Source of the DNA: Dehalococcoidia bacterium
GTDB taxonomy: Bacteria; Chloroflexota; Dehalococcoidia; UBA2979
NCBI GenBank assembly: GCA_965262725.1
Contig: OZ253555.1
Span: 2,624,001 to 2,688,000, forward strand
Direction of reading: 5' to 3'
Length of the DNA: 64,000 nt
Below, in pieces: positions 48,504 to 58,292 of this stretch. Made by a program: the position numbers and the translations under genes. The notes beneath the pieces were generated by a model that made no database searches, was not told the origin of the DNA, and saw nothing but the letters and a program-made list of their open reading frames with translations. Position 1 is the stretch's first letter. Every line of letters begins with the position of its first letter.

Positions 48504-50003
48504 CTAGTCCCCGAGGAGGAGCGTCCTCGGGTAGAACGAAAACCAGCCGAACCAGTAGGCGAGATGGCCGGGGAGCCGCCCCAGCGAGGCGCCGCCCGGC
48601 CCCGCGAGAGTCTCCTCCGTCACACGCCACGTCGCGCCCGAGCCGTCCAGGAGGAGACCCGGTTCCGGTCCCGCGTCGAAGCTCCGCGCGCCGCGCTCGA
48701 AGGCGCGGACCGTCCGCGACGCGGGCTCCGTCACGATCACGAGCGGCAGCCCCGCAAGCTCGTCGTTGAGGACCGGCTGCTCCTGCAGATCGCGAAGCGC
48801 ATAGGCCTTCGGCCTCCCCTCCACCAGGAGGCCGAAGACGAAAGACTTCTCCGGGAGCGCCTGGCTGCGCTGGAACACCGGGAAGAGCGTGCCCGGGGAC
48901 GCGAAGTAGTCGCCGTAGGCGGCGCCGGGCCGGTAGTCGCGTTCGTATCCCGTGTCAATGTCGAGGACGAGCGTTCCCGGATGCGCCTCGAACCAGCTCC
49001 CCCAGTCCGACACCACGATCGGCAGGCGCGTGAGCTCGACGCCGCTCCCCACCCGTGGTCCCATCACGGGCTGCCCGGTGAGCTGATTCCACAGCGTGTC
49101 GCTCGAGCGGTCGTACATGAGCTTGTTGCTCTCGTAGAGCAGCCCCGAGCTGCCGAACTCCAGCACCTCGTCGCCGACGCGCGCGTCGTAGAGCACGCCC
49201 GCTCCGCACAGGGTGCAGTAGGCGAGGGCGACCGGGACACCCCCCACCACGTCGTTCGCCATCTCGTGCCAGTCGAGAATGCGCAGCGGGTAAGCGCGGG
49301 CGTCGCCCGCGATCTCGACGCCGAAGACGAGCTCGTCGGGCACGAGGTACGCAGCGTCGGTGCCCGCGACGAACGCGGGGTTCACCAGAGCGGGGATGCC
49401 GTCAACGGCGACGCCGCCCCACTGCACGAGCTCCACCCGGATGGTCGACGGGATGCCCTCTCCGATGAAGCGGCGCAGCGCGGGGTCGACGCGCGTCGCG
49501 TAGAGCTCCGCCTTCCACTCGGCGAAGCCCGGCGGAATCGGAGTCTCGGGATGTCCTCCGAGCCACTCGACGGCCGCGCCCCAGTCGCCGCCGAGATCCT
49601 CCCCCGTCAGGACCCAGAGCCCCCAGTCCATCGTCTCCTGGAGCTCGAAGGCGACCCAGAAGCGCTGGAGCTCCGTCAGCACCGGGATCAGCGCGAGCTC
49701 ATCGTCCCGCGCGGCGGCCTCGATGGCCGCCCGGATCTCGTCGGTGTCCCAGCCGGCCATCGTCTCAAGAACCTCGGCCCATCTCGCGTCGTCCCAGCCC
49801 GCGCGCTCCGCCGGGCTGGCCGCCGCCGGTGCTGCCGCGCCGGTCGGCGAGGCGGTGACGGCGGTCGGGGCGTCCGAAGCAGCAGCGGTGGGGGGCGCCG
49901 GCGCGGTCGGCGGCGCGTCGGAGCCGCACGCCGCGAGCACCGCGGTGCTGAGCGCACAGACGAGGGCCGGCACGAACCCCGGGACGTTTCGTCGCGATCG
50001 CAT
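48504..50003 (-). CDS. DUF3179-domain lipoprotein
   Basis: Lipobox LAAC, DGIPAL, RAYP..IL.WHE, YCTLCG, SGLLYESN, YWFGW. Confidence 0.85.
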   Translation of the reverse strand: MRSRRNVPGFVPALVCALSTAVLAACGSDAPPTAPAPPTAAASDAPTAVTASPTGAAAPAAASPAERAGWDDARWAEVLETMAGWDTDEIRAAIEAAARDDELALIPVLTELQRFWVAFELQETMDWGLWVLTGEDLGGDWGAAVEWLGGHPETPIPPGFAEWKAELYATRVDPALRRFIGEGIPSTIRVELVQWGGVAVDGIPALVNPAFVAGTDAAYLVPDELVFGVEIAGDARAYPLRILDWHEMANDVVGGVPVALAYCTLCGAGVLYDARVGDEVLEFGSSGLLYESNKLMYDRSSDTLWNQLTGQPVMGPRVGSGVELTRLPIVVSDWGSWFEAHPGTLVLDIDTGYERDYRPGAAYGDYFASPGTLFPVFQRSQALPEKSFVFGLLVEGRPKAYALRDLQEQPVLNDELAGLPLVIVTEPASRTVRAFERGARSFDAGPEPGLLLDGSGATWRVTEETLAGPGGASLGRLPGHLAYWFGWFSFYPRTLLLGD

Positions 50004-50130
50004 GGCACTCCAGACTCCCGGGCGGCTCTGTCCGATCGTACGCGCGCCCGGCGCGTCGGGCGTGACGAAGGTGACGCGCCCCGGGCCCGGCTATCGCCGC
50101 GGGGGGCGCGAGCGCGTAGGATCCCACGCC

Positions 50131-50880
50131 GTGGAACTCCGCGCGCCCGGCGACGACCCCCGCATCCACCGCCTCCTCGCGGAGGGGCCGCGTGCCACCT
50201 GCTTCGTCGAGCTTCCGGGAGGAACGGTGCGGATGGGTTCGACGCTTCGCGCCGACGAGCAGCCCATCATCGAGATTGGCGTGGAGAGCCTCTCCTGCGC
50301 GCTCACGCCCGTGACCAACCGCGAGTGGTCGTGCTTCCTCGCCGACACCGGCCGCGAGCCGCCGCCGTTCTGGGGGGATGAGCGTTTCTCGGCTCCGGCC
50401 CAGCCGGTTGTCGGCGTCAGCTGGGAGGACGCCGTCACCTACTGCGGCTGGCTCTCGGCGCTGCTCGGCCGGCGCTGCCGTCTCCCCACCGAGCCGGAGC
50501 GCGAGTACGCGGCGCGCGGCGGCGCCGGGACGCTCTACCCCTGGGGCGACGAGCCGTGGATGGAGGGGCCGTTCGCGCGAGGCTCACGTGGGACCGATCG
50601 GCCTCTCGCCGTCGGCACGACCGAGCCCAATGGCTTCGGCCTCTACCACATGGCCGAGAACGTCCACGAGTGGTGCCAGGACTGGTACGACGCACGCGCC
50701 TACGCGAGCGTCGCCACCCGCGCCGACCTCTGCTGGCGCGAGGCCGCCGACGGCAGCGGCCGCCGCGCCTCGCGCGGCGGCTCGTGGCGCCACCACGTCA
50801 AGGTGAGTCGCGTCGCGGCCCGCTCCTCCCTCAGCCCGACGGCGCACTACAACGACTACGGCATGCGCGTCTATGCCTGA
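50131..50880 (+). CDS. Formylglycine-generating enzyme (SUMF1/EgtB/PvdO) domain protein
   Basis: PVVGVSWEDA, RLPTEPEREYAARGG, NGFGLYHMAENVHEW, RGGSW. Confidence 0.88.
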   Translation: MELRAPGDDPRIHRLLAEGPRATCFVELPGGTVRMGSTLRADEQPIIEIGVESLSCALTPVTNREWSCFLADTGREPPPFWGDERFSAPAQPVVGVSWEDAVTYCGWLSALLGRRCRLPTEPEREYAARGGAGTLYPWGDEPWMEGPFARGSRGTDRPLAVGTTEPNGFGLYHMAENVHEWCQDWYDARAYASVATRADLCWREAADGSGRRASRGGSWRHHVKVSRVAARSSLSPTAHYNDYGMRVYA

Positions 50881-51523
50881 ACCCCTCCCCCCTCGCCCCG
50901 CGCGCGCCACTCAGCGACCGCGGCGCAGCGCGGCGCGGACTGCGATCGCCGGCGCCCTCGCGTTCCTCGCGGTGGCGTGCGGCGGCGGATCGGATGCGGG
51001 GGAAGGCGCGCCCGGCCCGGCGCCGACCGCGTCCGTCGCGGCGGCCGAGCCGACAGCTCAACCCACCGCTCAGGCGGCGCAGCCGAGTACCGTCACGGCC
51101 CCGGGAGGGGAGCCGCGCGTGGCCGGCCCGGGCGACACGGTCAAGGTCCACTACCACGGGACGCTCGACTCCGGCGAGGTCTTCGACTCCTCGCTGCAGC
51201 GCGCCCCGATCACGTTCACGGTCGGGAGCGGCCAGATCATCGCGGGCTTCAACGCCGCCGTGACCGGTCTCGCCGTCGGCGACTCCGTCACGGTGAGACT
51301 CGAGCCCGACCAGGCCTACGGGGAGCGCGATCCAACCGCCGTGCTCAGCCTCGCGCGCGAGGGAGCGCCCGAAGGGCTCGCGGTCGGCGACCGACTGCAG
51401 CTCGACAACGGGCTCGTGGTCACGGTGATCGGCCTGTCGGAGACCGAGATCCACCTTGACGTGAACCACCCGCTCGCGGGGATGGCGCTCACCTTCGAGA
51501 TCGAGCTCGTCTCCATCGAGTAG
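50873..51523 (+). CDS. FKBP-type peptidyl-prolyl isomerase (SlyD-like) with lipoprotein signal
   Basis: LAVAC lipobox; VHYHGTL..GEVFDSS, AYG, DVNHPLAG. Confidence 0.88.
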   Translation: MPEPLPPRPARATQRPRRSAARTAIAGALAFLAVACGGGSDAGEGAPGPAPTASVAAAEPTAQPTAQAAQPSTVTAPGGEPRVAGPGDTVKVHYHGTLDSGEVFDSSLQRAPITFTVGSGQIIAGFNAAVTGLAVGDSVTVRLEPDQAYGERDPTAVLSLAREGAPEGLAVGDRLQLDNGLVVTVIGLSETEIHLDVNHPLAGMALTFEIELVSIE

Positions 51524-51598
51524 GCGCCGTGCCGGCCGTGCCCCGTTTGCACCCGCGCCCGTTGCCGCCGCCGACAGGGCGTGTCACCGTGACGGGCG

Positions 51599-51967
51599 AT
51601 GCAGGTGCTCGCGGTCGGGGTCGGCGGCGCGGTGGGCGCGCTCTTGCGCTACGCCCTCCGCGAGCTGATGCCCCCGCTCGCCGACGGGCGCATCCCGTTC
51701 GCGACCCTCGCCGCCAACGTCGCCGGCTCTTTCCTGCTCGGCTTTCTTGCCGGGGTGATGCTCCAGCGCGCGAGCGTGTCCGCCGAGATTCGTCTCGGCC
51801 TCACCGTCGGGCTGCTCGGAGCCTTCACGACGTTTTCCACCTTCTCGCTGGAGACGGTCGACCTGATGCGCGAGGGGCACTGGCCGTTCGCGATACTGAA
51901 CGTCGTGCTCTCGGTCTCGGGCGCCCTGCTCGCGCTGTGGGCGGGCCAGGAGCTCGCCCGGGGGTAG
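51599..51967 (+). CDS. crcB: Fluoride efflux channel CrcB/FluC
   Basis: GGAVGALLRY, TLAANVAGSF, GLLGAFTTFSTF. Confidence 0.93.
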   Translation: MQVLAVGVGGAVGALLRYALRELMPPLADGRIPFATLAANVAGSFLLGFLAGVMLQRASVSAEIRLGLTVGLLGAFTTFSTFSLETVDLMREGHWPFAILNVVLSVSGALLALWAGQELARG

Positions 51968-51983
51968 CTGCCGGCGACCGGCG

Positions 51984-52445
51984 CTACCCCCGGGGCTCCA
52001 CCTCCCAGCGCGTCTGCGTCCCGGGGAACGAGCCCTCGAGCCACGCGTGACCCACCTCGATGCGGAGCATGTACAGCCAGGCCCCGTCAGCAGCCGAGGG
52101 CTCCCCCGCGAGTTCGAACGGGCGGCCGGTGGTGGGGTCGATGTACTTGTCGCGAAACGCGGCCACCACGGCGTCCGGAGCGTCCGCGAGCGGGTGTCTC
52201 TCGACGACTCCCTCGACGATGGCGACATCGTCGGCGCTCTCGTGGTGCACGATCGCGTACGGCTGGTGGCGCAGGTTGTGCACCTTTTGCCCCGCCGTGC
52301 CGAACCAGAACTCGTCGCCGATGAGAACGCCCCACACCGGCATCGCGTGAGGCCGCCCGTCGGGGCGCGTCGTCGACAGCCAGTAGGACGTGGCGGCGCG
52401 AAGCCGCGAGCGCGCACGCTCCCGCATGTGATCGGCAGTCGCCAT
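51984..52445 (-). CDS. Pyridoxamine 5'-phosphate oxidase family protein
   Basis: YWLSTTRPDGRPHAMPVWG, KVHNL. Confidence 0.85.
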   Translation of the reverse strand: MATADHMRERARSRLRAATSYWLSTTRPDGRPHAMPVWGVLIGDEFWFGTAGQKVHNLRHQPYAIVHHESADDVAIVEGVVERHPLADAPDAVVAAFRDKYIDPTTGRPFELAGEPSAADGAWLYMLRIEVGHAWLEGSFPGTQTRWEVEPRG

Positions 52446-52607
52446 GGCCGCTCCCCGGGCGATGCGCTGCGGTCCCGCGGGCCCCCGATCAGGTGCGGCG
52501 ATGATCACGCACCGCATCCCGAGGCTGCAAGCCCGGTCCGCCTCCGCCGCCGGCGAGGTGCCGAACCCGGCGCGCTATAGTGACCGGCAGCGCGAGAGGC
52601 GGGATCG

Positions 52608-53528
52608 ATGGCTTCCGACACGCAGGCCCCGGCGGCGAGCGGAGCCGCGCTCCGCGCGCTCCCGGTCGTCACCTACAAGTACCCGCAGCAGGGCCTGCCG
52701 CCCATCTCGTTCAGCGACTTCGAGATCGGGCCGCTGCCCGACGGCCCGTGGCAGCTTACCGTCGCTCCCTCCGACGTCGAGAGGTGGGCGCGCCTCTTCG
52801 ACGACGACCCCGCCGAGGCGCTCGCCGCCGGGACGGCACCGCCCGACATCCTCTACTACCCCGGGATGAACCTCCCCGCACCGAAGCGGGACTACGGCGG
52901 CCCGATGTCCCGCTACTGGGCCGAGTACGTCGGCCCGCTCCCCATCGGTGAACCGATCGAGCTCGCCGGAGCCGTCACCGAGAAGTTCCTGCGCCGCGGC
53001 CGTGGCGGCATGACCTTCGAGCTCGTCGCTCGCGTCGGGGGCGTGGTGGCGCAGCGCCATTGGCGGCGCTTCGCCCTGCGCCTCGCAGACGGGGAGGCCG
53101 ACGGATGGGCCGAGCGCGGATCCGATCCGCGCCCGCCGGAGCCGGCCCCGGATGCCGTGGCCTTCGGGCCGCGGCTGATGCGCTGCACGCAGGATCGGTA
53201 CGACGACTTCGAGGGGCCGGGCGAGGTGACCGGCCACACCAGCCTCGAGGCGGCGCGGGCGGGTGGGCACCCGACCACGACCGCACAGGGCGCGCTCTCG
53301 TTCGGGCTCCTGACGCGACTGATGCGCGATCGCTTCGGGGAGCGCTTCACCCAGGACGGCACCATCGACGTGCGCCTCGTGCGCCCCACCGATGAAGGGG
53401 AACTGCTCACCGCGCGCGGCTACTTTCTCGGCCACAAGGGCGGCCGCCTGCACTGTCGCATCTGGGCCGAGAACCGGGCCGGCGAGCCGGTCACGACCGG
53501 CGTCGCGAGCGTGCCGGGCGAGAGCTAG
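52608..53528 (+). CDS. Double hot-dog (MaoC-like) dehydratase
   Basis: KFLRRGR in first fold; HTSLEAARAGG...AQG in second. Confidence 0.75.
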   Translation: MASDTQAPAASGAALRALPVVTYKYPQQGLPPISFSDFEIGPLPDGPWQLTVAPSDVERWARLFDDDPAEALAAGTAPPDILYYPGMNLPAPKRDYGGPMSRYWAEYVGPLPIGEPIELAGAVTEKFLRRGRGGMTFELVARVGGVVAQRHWRRFALRLADGEADGWAERGSDPRPPEPAPDAVAFGPRLMRCTQDRYDDFEGPGEVTGHTSLEAARAGGHPTTTAQGALSFGLLTRLMRDRFGERFTQDGTIDVRLVRPTDEGELLTARGYFLGHKGGRLHCRIWAENRAGEPVTTGVASVPGES

Positions 53529-53591
53529 CGAGGTCACCGGGGGAGTGCGCGGGCGCGAAGCGCTCCGCGCCGGGAGCGGAAGGAGGTCCCG

Positions 53592-54491
53592 TTGCAGTGG
53601 GAACTGGTCGAGATCGCGACCTCGGACGGACTCGCGCTACCCGGCGCCTACCTGGCGCCGGCCGGCGGCGCTCGGAGCGGCGAGCGCGCCGTCGACGCCG
53701 TGGTGCTCAACCCGGGCACCGGCGGCTCCTTCTACCACCGCGTCCTGCTCGGCATCGCCGCCGCCCTCGCTGAGGCCGGCTACGGCGCTCTGGCGATGAG
53801 CACGCGCGGACACAACATCGCGTGGCGTGACGCGGCCGGCGGGCGCTACCTCGGCTCCGCCTTCGAGAGCATCGCCGACTGCGGGCTCGATTTCCGGGGC
53901 GCGTTCGACCTCCTCGCGGAGCGCGGGCATGAGCGCCTCGCCGTGCTCGGCCACTCACTCGGGGGCACCAAGGCGCTCTACCACGCCGCACACGACCCCG
54001 ACCCGCGGCTCGCCGCCGCGATCTCCTGCTCCGGGCCTCGCTGGTCCGCGTCGTTCTACGAGGCCTCCGAGCGCCGGAACGACTTCCTCCGGAACCGCAC
54101 CCGGGCGCAGTCGCTCGTCGAGGCCGGGCGAGCCGAGGAGCTGATGGAGTACGACTTCCCGATCGGGCCGAGTCTGATGCGCGCCGGCGGCTGGATGGAG
54201 AAGTACGACGGTGAGACCTACAACATCGCCACCTGGTGCGATCGCATCACGGTCCCGCTGCTCCGCGTCGAGGGCGAGCTCGAACAGGGCGTCGTGCAGC
54301 GCGGTGTCGCCGACCTCCTGATGGAGCGCGCGACCGCGAGCCCGCACCGCCGGAGCGTGGTCATCCCCGGCGGCGATCACCCCTACTCCCGGGTGCTCGA
54401 CGATGTCGCTGTGGCCGTCGTCGACTGGCTCGACAGGCTTCCGCTCCCGGAGGCCGCCGGCGCGCCATCCCGGCCGGCCCCGGCGGGCTGA
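53592..54491 (+). CDS. Alpha/beta hydrolase (DUF1749-like)
   Basis: GHSLG nucleophile, GGDH; TTG start with AGGAGG. Confidence 0.82.
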   Translation: MQWELVEIATSDGLALPGAYLAPAGGARSGERAVDAVVLNPGTGGSFYHRVLLGIAAALAEAGYGALAMSTRGHNIAWRDAAGGRYLGSAFESIADCGLDFRGAFDLLAERGHERLAVLGHSLGGTKALYHAAHDPDPRLAAAISCSGPRWSASFYEASERRNDFLRNRTRAQSLVEAGRAEELMEYDFPIGPSLMRAGGWMEKYDGETYNIATWCDRITVPLLRVEGELEQGVVQRGVADLLMERATASPHRRSVVIPGGDHPYSRVLDDVAVAVVDWLDRLPLPEAAGAPSRPAPAG

Positions 54492-54494
54492 GCC

Positions 54495-55292
54495 GTGCCG
54501 CTCCCGGAGTACGACCTCACCGGACGCGCCGCCCTCGTCACGGGAGCGGGCCGCGGCATCGCCGGCGGCGTCGCTCAGGTCCTCGCCGAGGCGGGCTGCG
54601 ACGTCGCGCTCAACGCGCTGACCCCCACCCATGTCACGCCGCTCGCCGCCGCCATCGCCGGGGAGTCCGGCACACGCACAGTCGCCCTCATCGGCGACAT
54701 GACCGACCCGGAGGGCGCCTCCGACGTGGTCGAGCGTGCGCTCTCGGGGCTCGGGCGCATCGACATCATGGTCTGTGGCGTCGGTGATGCGATCGCCAAG
54801 CCGCTCGTTCCACTGCCCGGCCGCCCCAGCCGACACAGCACGCCCGTCACCGACGAGGAGCTCGAGCGCACCGTCGCCCTCAACCTGACGTCGGCCCTTC
54901 TCTGCGCGCGCGCCGTCGGACCGCACATGCTGGAGCGGCGCTCGGGGAGCATCATCACCATCGGCTCGTTCGCCGGGCGCCGCGGGGGAGCGGGCACCAC
55001 CCTGTACGCGGCGGGGAAGTCGGGAACCGAGGGCTTCACGCGGGCGCTCGCGCTCGAATGGGCGCCCTACGGCGTGCGCGTGAACGGGATCGCGCCGGGG
55101 AGCTTCCCGGATGCGGTCACCTCGGGCGAGGCGGGATACCGGCGACTCGTCGAGCGCGCGGAGCAGAGCGTCCCGCTCGGCCGCGTCGGGAGGCTCCGCG
55201 AGGTCGGCCTGCTCGCGGCCTATCTGGCCTCTGACGCCGCGGCGTACATGACCGGCCAGACCATCTACCTCGACGGCGGGATGACGCTCTGA
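54495..55292 (+). CDS. Short-chain dehydrogenase/reductase
   Basis: TGAGRGIA, YAAGK, VRVNGIAPG, TGQTIYLDGG. Confidence 0.93.
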   Translation: MPLPEYDLTGRAALVTGAGRGIAGGVAQVLAEAGCDVALNALTPTHVTPLAAAIAGESGTRTVALIGDMTDPEGASDVVERALSGLGRIDIMVCGVGDAIAKPLVPLPGRPSRHSTPVTDEELERTVALNLTSALLCARAVGPHMLERRSGSIITIGSFAGRRGGAGTTLYAAGKSGTEGFTRALALEWAPYGVRVNGIAPGSFPDAVTSGEAGYRRLVERAEQSVPLGRVGRLREVGLLAAYLASDAAAYMTGQTIYLDGGMTL

Positions 55293-55332
55293 GCCGCGGC
55301 GGCGCGACCGCCCTGCCGCGCAGCCTTCCGGG

Positions 55333-56442
55333 CTAGGTGTAGACCTCGGGGCGCGTCCGCATCCCGCTCACCGCCACCAGCTGCGGAAGCAGGTGTCGGT
55401 CGGCCTCCACCTCCTGCAGGCGCGGCGCGACGTCCGCCGCGAAGCGCTCGAGGCTGCCGCGGATCCGCTCGTCGCTGTTGTGCCCGAACGCCATCCAGCA
55501 CATCAGGTTGCTGATCCCGAGCTCGGCGAAGGGCCGCAGCATCTCGAAGACCTCATCGGCGGTCCCCGCGTGCAGCCAGCCGCCCGTCATGTACTGGGTG
55601 CGGCGGCGGTCGTAGTCCTGCAGGTCGAGGTCGTCGATCCCGGAGTTGGCGCGGGCGCTCTTGCGCACGTAGGTGTCGATCACGTCGTCCATCGTCTCGC
55701 GCCAGTCCTCGCCGGGCGCGGCGACGTAGATCTGCCGCAGGACGCTCGTGTTCCGCCAGGCGAGCTCGCGCTGCTCCTCGGTGAGCGCCGCTTCGTCCAT
55801 CCCCTCGAAGAAGTGGTGGAGCCTGGCGGCGAGGATCTCCGGCTTCTGCGGACCCAGAAGCAGCGACCAGCCCCGCCGCCCGGCCATCGCGAGGCGCTCC
55901 GGCGTCGACGATGCGTACGCGATCAGGGGCCGCGGTTGCTGAACCGGCTCCGGGATGATGCGCCCGCGCACCACGACGTCCCAGTACTTCCCGTGGTGCT
56001 CGAAGCCGTTGCCGCGCGGCGTATCCCATGCGAGGTCGCAGACCTCGAGGAACTCCATCATGATCTCGTGCCGGGACTCCACGTCGACCCCGTAGCCGGC
56101 GAACTCATCGGGCGAGTTGCCGGGTCCGATCCCGACGATGACCTTTCCGTTCGTGAGCTGGTCCAGCAGGTTGCACTGTGTCACGAAGCGGATTGGATGC
56201 ATCAGCGGCACGACGTTGACGGCGAAGCCGATGTTGAGCGAGGGGTTGCGCTGGCTGATCGCCCCAGCGAGCGTCAGCGCGTCCGAGTAGGTGTTGTAGC
56301 CCGTGAAGTGGTGCTCCGTCAGCCAGACATCGGAAAAGCCGAGCTCCTCCGCACGGTCGACCTGGCCGAGCACCTCGTAGAGCACACGCCGGTCGTCATC
56401 CGGACCCGGCGTCTGCGGGTTGAGGTAGTAGCTGAAGCGCAT
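55333..56442 (-). CDS. LLM-class (luciferase-like) flavin-dependent oxidoreductase
   Basis: WLTEHHF, HPIR, LDQLTNG, GIGPG. Confidence 0.92.
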   Translation of the reverse strand: MRFSYYLNPQTPGPDDDRRVLYEVLGQVDRAEELGFSDVWLTEHHFTGYNTYSDALTLAGAISQRNPSLNIGFAVNVVPLMHPIRFVTQCNLLDQLTNGKVIVGIGPGNSPDEFAGYGVDVESRHEIMMEFLEVCDLAWDTPRGNGFEHHGKYWDVVVRGRIIPEPVQQPRPLIAYASSTPERLAMAGRRGWSLLLGPQKPEILAARLHHFFEGMDEAALTEEQRELAWRNTSVLRQIYVAAPGEDWRETMDDVIDTYVRKSARANSGIDDLDLQDYDRRRTQYMTGGWLHAGTADEVFEMLRPFAELGISNLMCWMAFGHNSDERIRGSLERFAADVAPRLQEVEADRHLLPQLVAVSGMRTRPEVYT

Positions 56443-56620
56443 CGAAGCCTCCCTGAGGATGGGCGCGGCCGACATCGTGACCACGACCCGCTGCCGGGAG
56501 CCTACCGGCGCCGCCCGGCGGCGTCTAGAGATGGGTCGGCGCGCCTCGTTGCGAGGGCGCCCCGGCGGCCGTAGCCTCAGGCAGCCTGAGCATTCGGAAG
56601 CCACGGGCGAGGAGGCTGCG

Positions 56621-57490
56621 ATGACCACCGGCGGGACGCTGCGTTTGCTCCGTGGCTTCGCCCAGACGCCGCACGGCTCGATCGAGTGGCGAGGGATGGG
56701 CGAGTCCGGCCACCCCCTCGTTATGTTCCACCCCACGCCGAGCTCCGCCTACCACTTCGAGCCGCACTTCCCGCGGCTCGCCGGTCGGGCGCGCGTGATC
56801 GCGATGAGCACTCCCGGGTACGGGGACTCCGACGATCCCCCCGAGCCCTACACGTCGATCGCGGAGTTCGCTCAGACCGCGTTCTGGTTCCTCGACGCGA
56901 TGGAGCTGCAGCGGGTGGACCTCTACGGCGCCTGGACGGGCGCGCAGGTGGCGGTGGAACTCGCCGCCACGCATCCGGAACGCGTGCGGCGCATCGTCCT
57001 CGAGGAGCCGTGGGACTACGGCAACCCGGAGGGCCGCGCGCTCCACGAGACGATCCACCGCTACATCCCCGAGCAGGAGGACGGCTCGCATCTGGTCGAG
57101 CTCTGGAAGAAGTACGGCGGCGACCGGCCGGGCGTCGATCTCGAGCTCTTCTCCCGTCGCTTCATCGACTTCCTGCGCGCGAACGGCGAGGAGCCGACCT
57201 ACGGCGCGATGGGCCTCGAGGGGGCCGCTCCCTACTGCTTCACGCGCTACCCCTTCCTGGCGCGGCTTCGCGACGTGGAGGCACCGACGCTGGTCATCCA
57301 CGGCTCCGGCAGCAAGCTCATGCCCACCCACCAGGCATGCCTCGACGCCCTGCCGCACGGCGAGGGGCGGATCCTCCCCTCGGCCTGGATTTTCACTCCC
57401 AACGACGCGCCCGAGCAGTGGGCCGAGACCGTTCTCTCCTTCCTCGGCGCCGCCGACGGCGACACCCAGAGGCCGGCCGCCCGCGGATAG
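56621..57490 (+). CDS. Alpha/beta hydrolase fold protein with atypical nucleophile elbow
   Basis: FHPTP, PGYGDSD, YGAWTGA, HPERV, PTLVIHG. Confidence 0.8.
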   Translation: MTTGGTLRLLRGFAQTPHGSIEWRGMGESGHPLVMFHPTPSSAYHFEPHFPRLAGRARVIAMSTPGYGDSDDPPEPYTSIAEFAQTAFWFLDAMELQRVDLYGAWTGAQVAVELAATHPERVRRIVLEEPWDYGNPEGRALHETIHRYIPEQEDGSHLVELWKKYGGDRPGVDLELFSRRFIDFLRANGEEPTYGAMGLEGAAPYCFTRYPFLARLRDVEAPTLVIHGSGSKLMPTHQACLDALPHGEGRILPSAWIFTPNDAPEQWAETVLSFLGAADGDTQRPAARG

Positions 57491-57552
57491 ACGCCCGCAG
57501 GGGCCGCCGCTACGATCGCGGCGGCCGGCCCGGCCCGGATGGAGGCTTCACC

Positions 57553-58248
57553 GTGACGTTCGTCATCACGCAGCCCTGCATCGACACGATGGACCAGTCC
57601 TGCGTCGAGGTCTGTCCCGTCGACTGCATCCACTTCGACGAGGGCCCGGACCGCATGCTCTACATCAGCCCCGTCGAGTGCATCGACTGCGGCGCCTGCC
57701 AGCCCGCCTGCCCGGTCACGGCGATCTTCCCCGAGGAGGATGTCCCCGCCGATCAGGCCTTCTTCACCGAGATCAACTCGCTCTGGTTCGAGGACGCCGC
57801 AGCCGCGCGCGCGAAGGTGCCGGGCAACGGTGCCGCAGCGCCTCCGGCGGCGGCGGCCGCGGTCGCGGAGGCTGAGCCAGAGCCGACCGAGGCCGCGCCG
57901 GAGCCGGCCCCGGTGGCGGCCGCCGAGCCAGCGGCACCGGCCCCCGCCGCCGCAGCAGCCGTACCGACGGCACCGGCGGCGGCCGCGCCGGTCGTGGCGA
58001 CGCCGCCGCGGATCAGGCCGCATGCCCGCAAGCAGGACTACCAGCGCGCCTTCGCCGGATTCCACTTTCCGATCTCACGCGACGCGGTGATCCGGGGCGC
58101 CCGCGACAAGGGAGGTCTCGACCGCGAAGTCGCCGCGATCGTCGGGCGGCTACCGTCGTCCCGCTTCCGATCGCTGGAGGAGCTGCACCAGAGCGTGCGC
58201 GATGTCTACCTCGCGCTCGGCGTCGACGGCGAGCAGCTCCCGATCTAG
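57553..58248 (+). CDS. Dicluster ferredoxin fused via Pro/Ala linker to a DUF2795-like domain
   Basis: CIDTMDQSCVEVCPVDCI...CIDCGACQPACPV; C-terminal GFHFPISRDAVI...LPSSRFRS; GGAGG RBS. Confidence 0.85.
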   Translation: MTFVITQPCIDTMDQSCVEVCPVDCIHFDEGPDRMLYISPVECIDCGACQPACPVTAIFPEEDVPADQAFFTEINSLWFEDAAAARAKVPGNGAAAPPAAAAAVAEAEPEPTEAAPEPAPVAAAEPAAPAPAAAAAVPTAPAAAAPVVATPPRIRPHARKQDYQRAFAGFHFPISRDAVIRGARDKGGLDREVAAIVGRLPSSRFRSLEELHQSVRDVYLALGVDGEQLPI

Positions 58249-58292
58249 TGGGGCGCGGCTACGCGCTGCCCGGAGAGGCGGCGGGAGCGCTC

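Noticed and set aside
48504-50003. Selenoprotein recoding in the DUF3179 gene
   Set aside because: The motif is CTLC with ordinary Cys codons; no in-frame TGA
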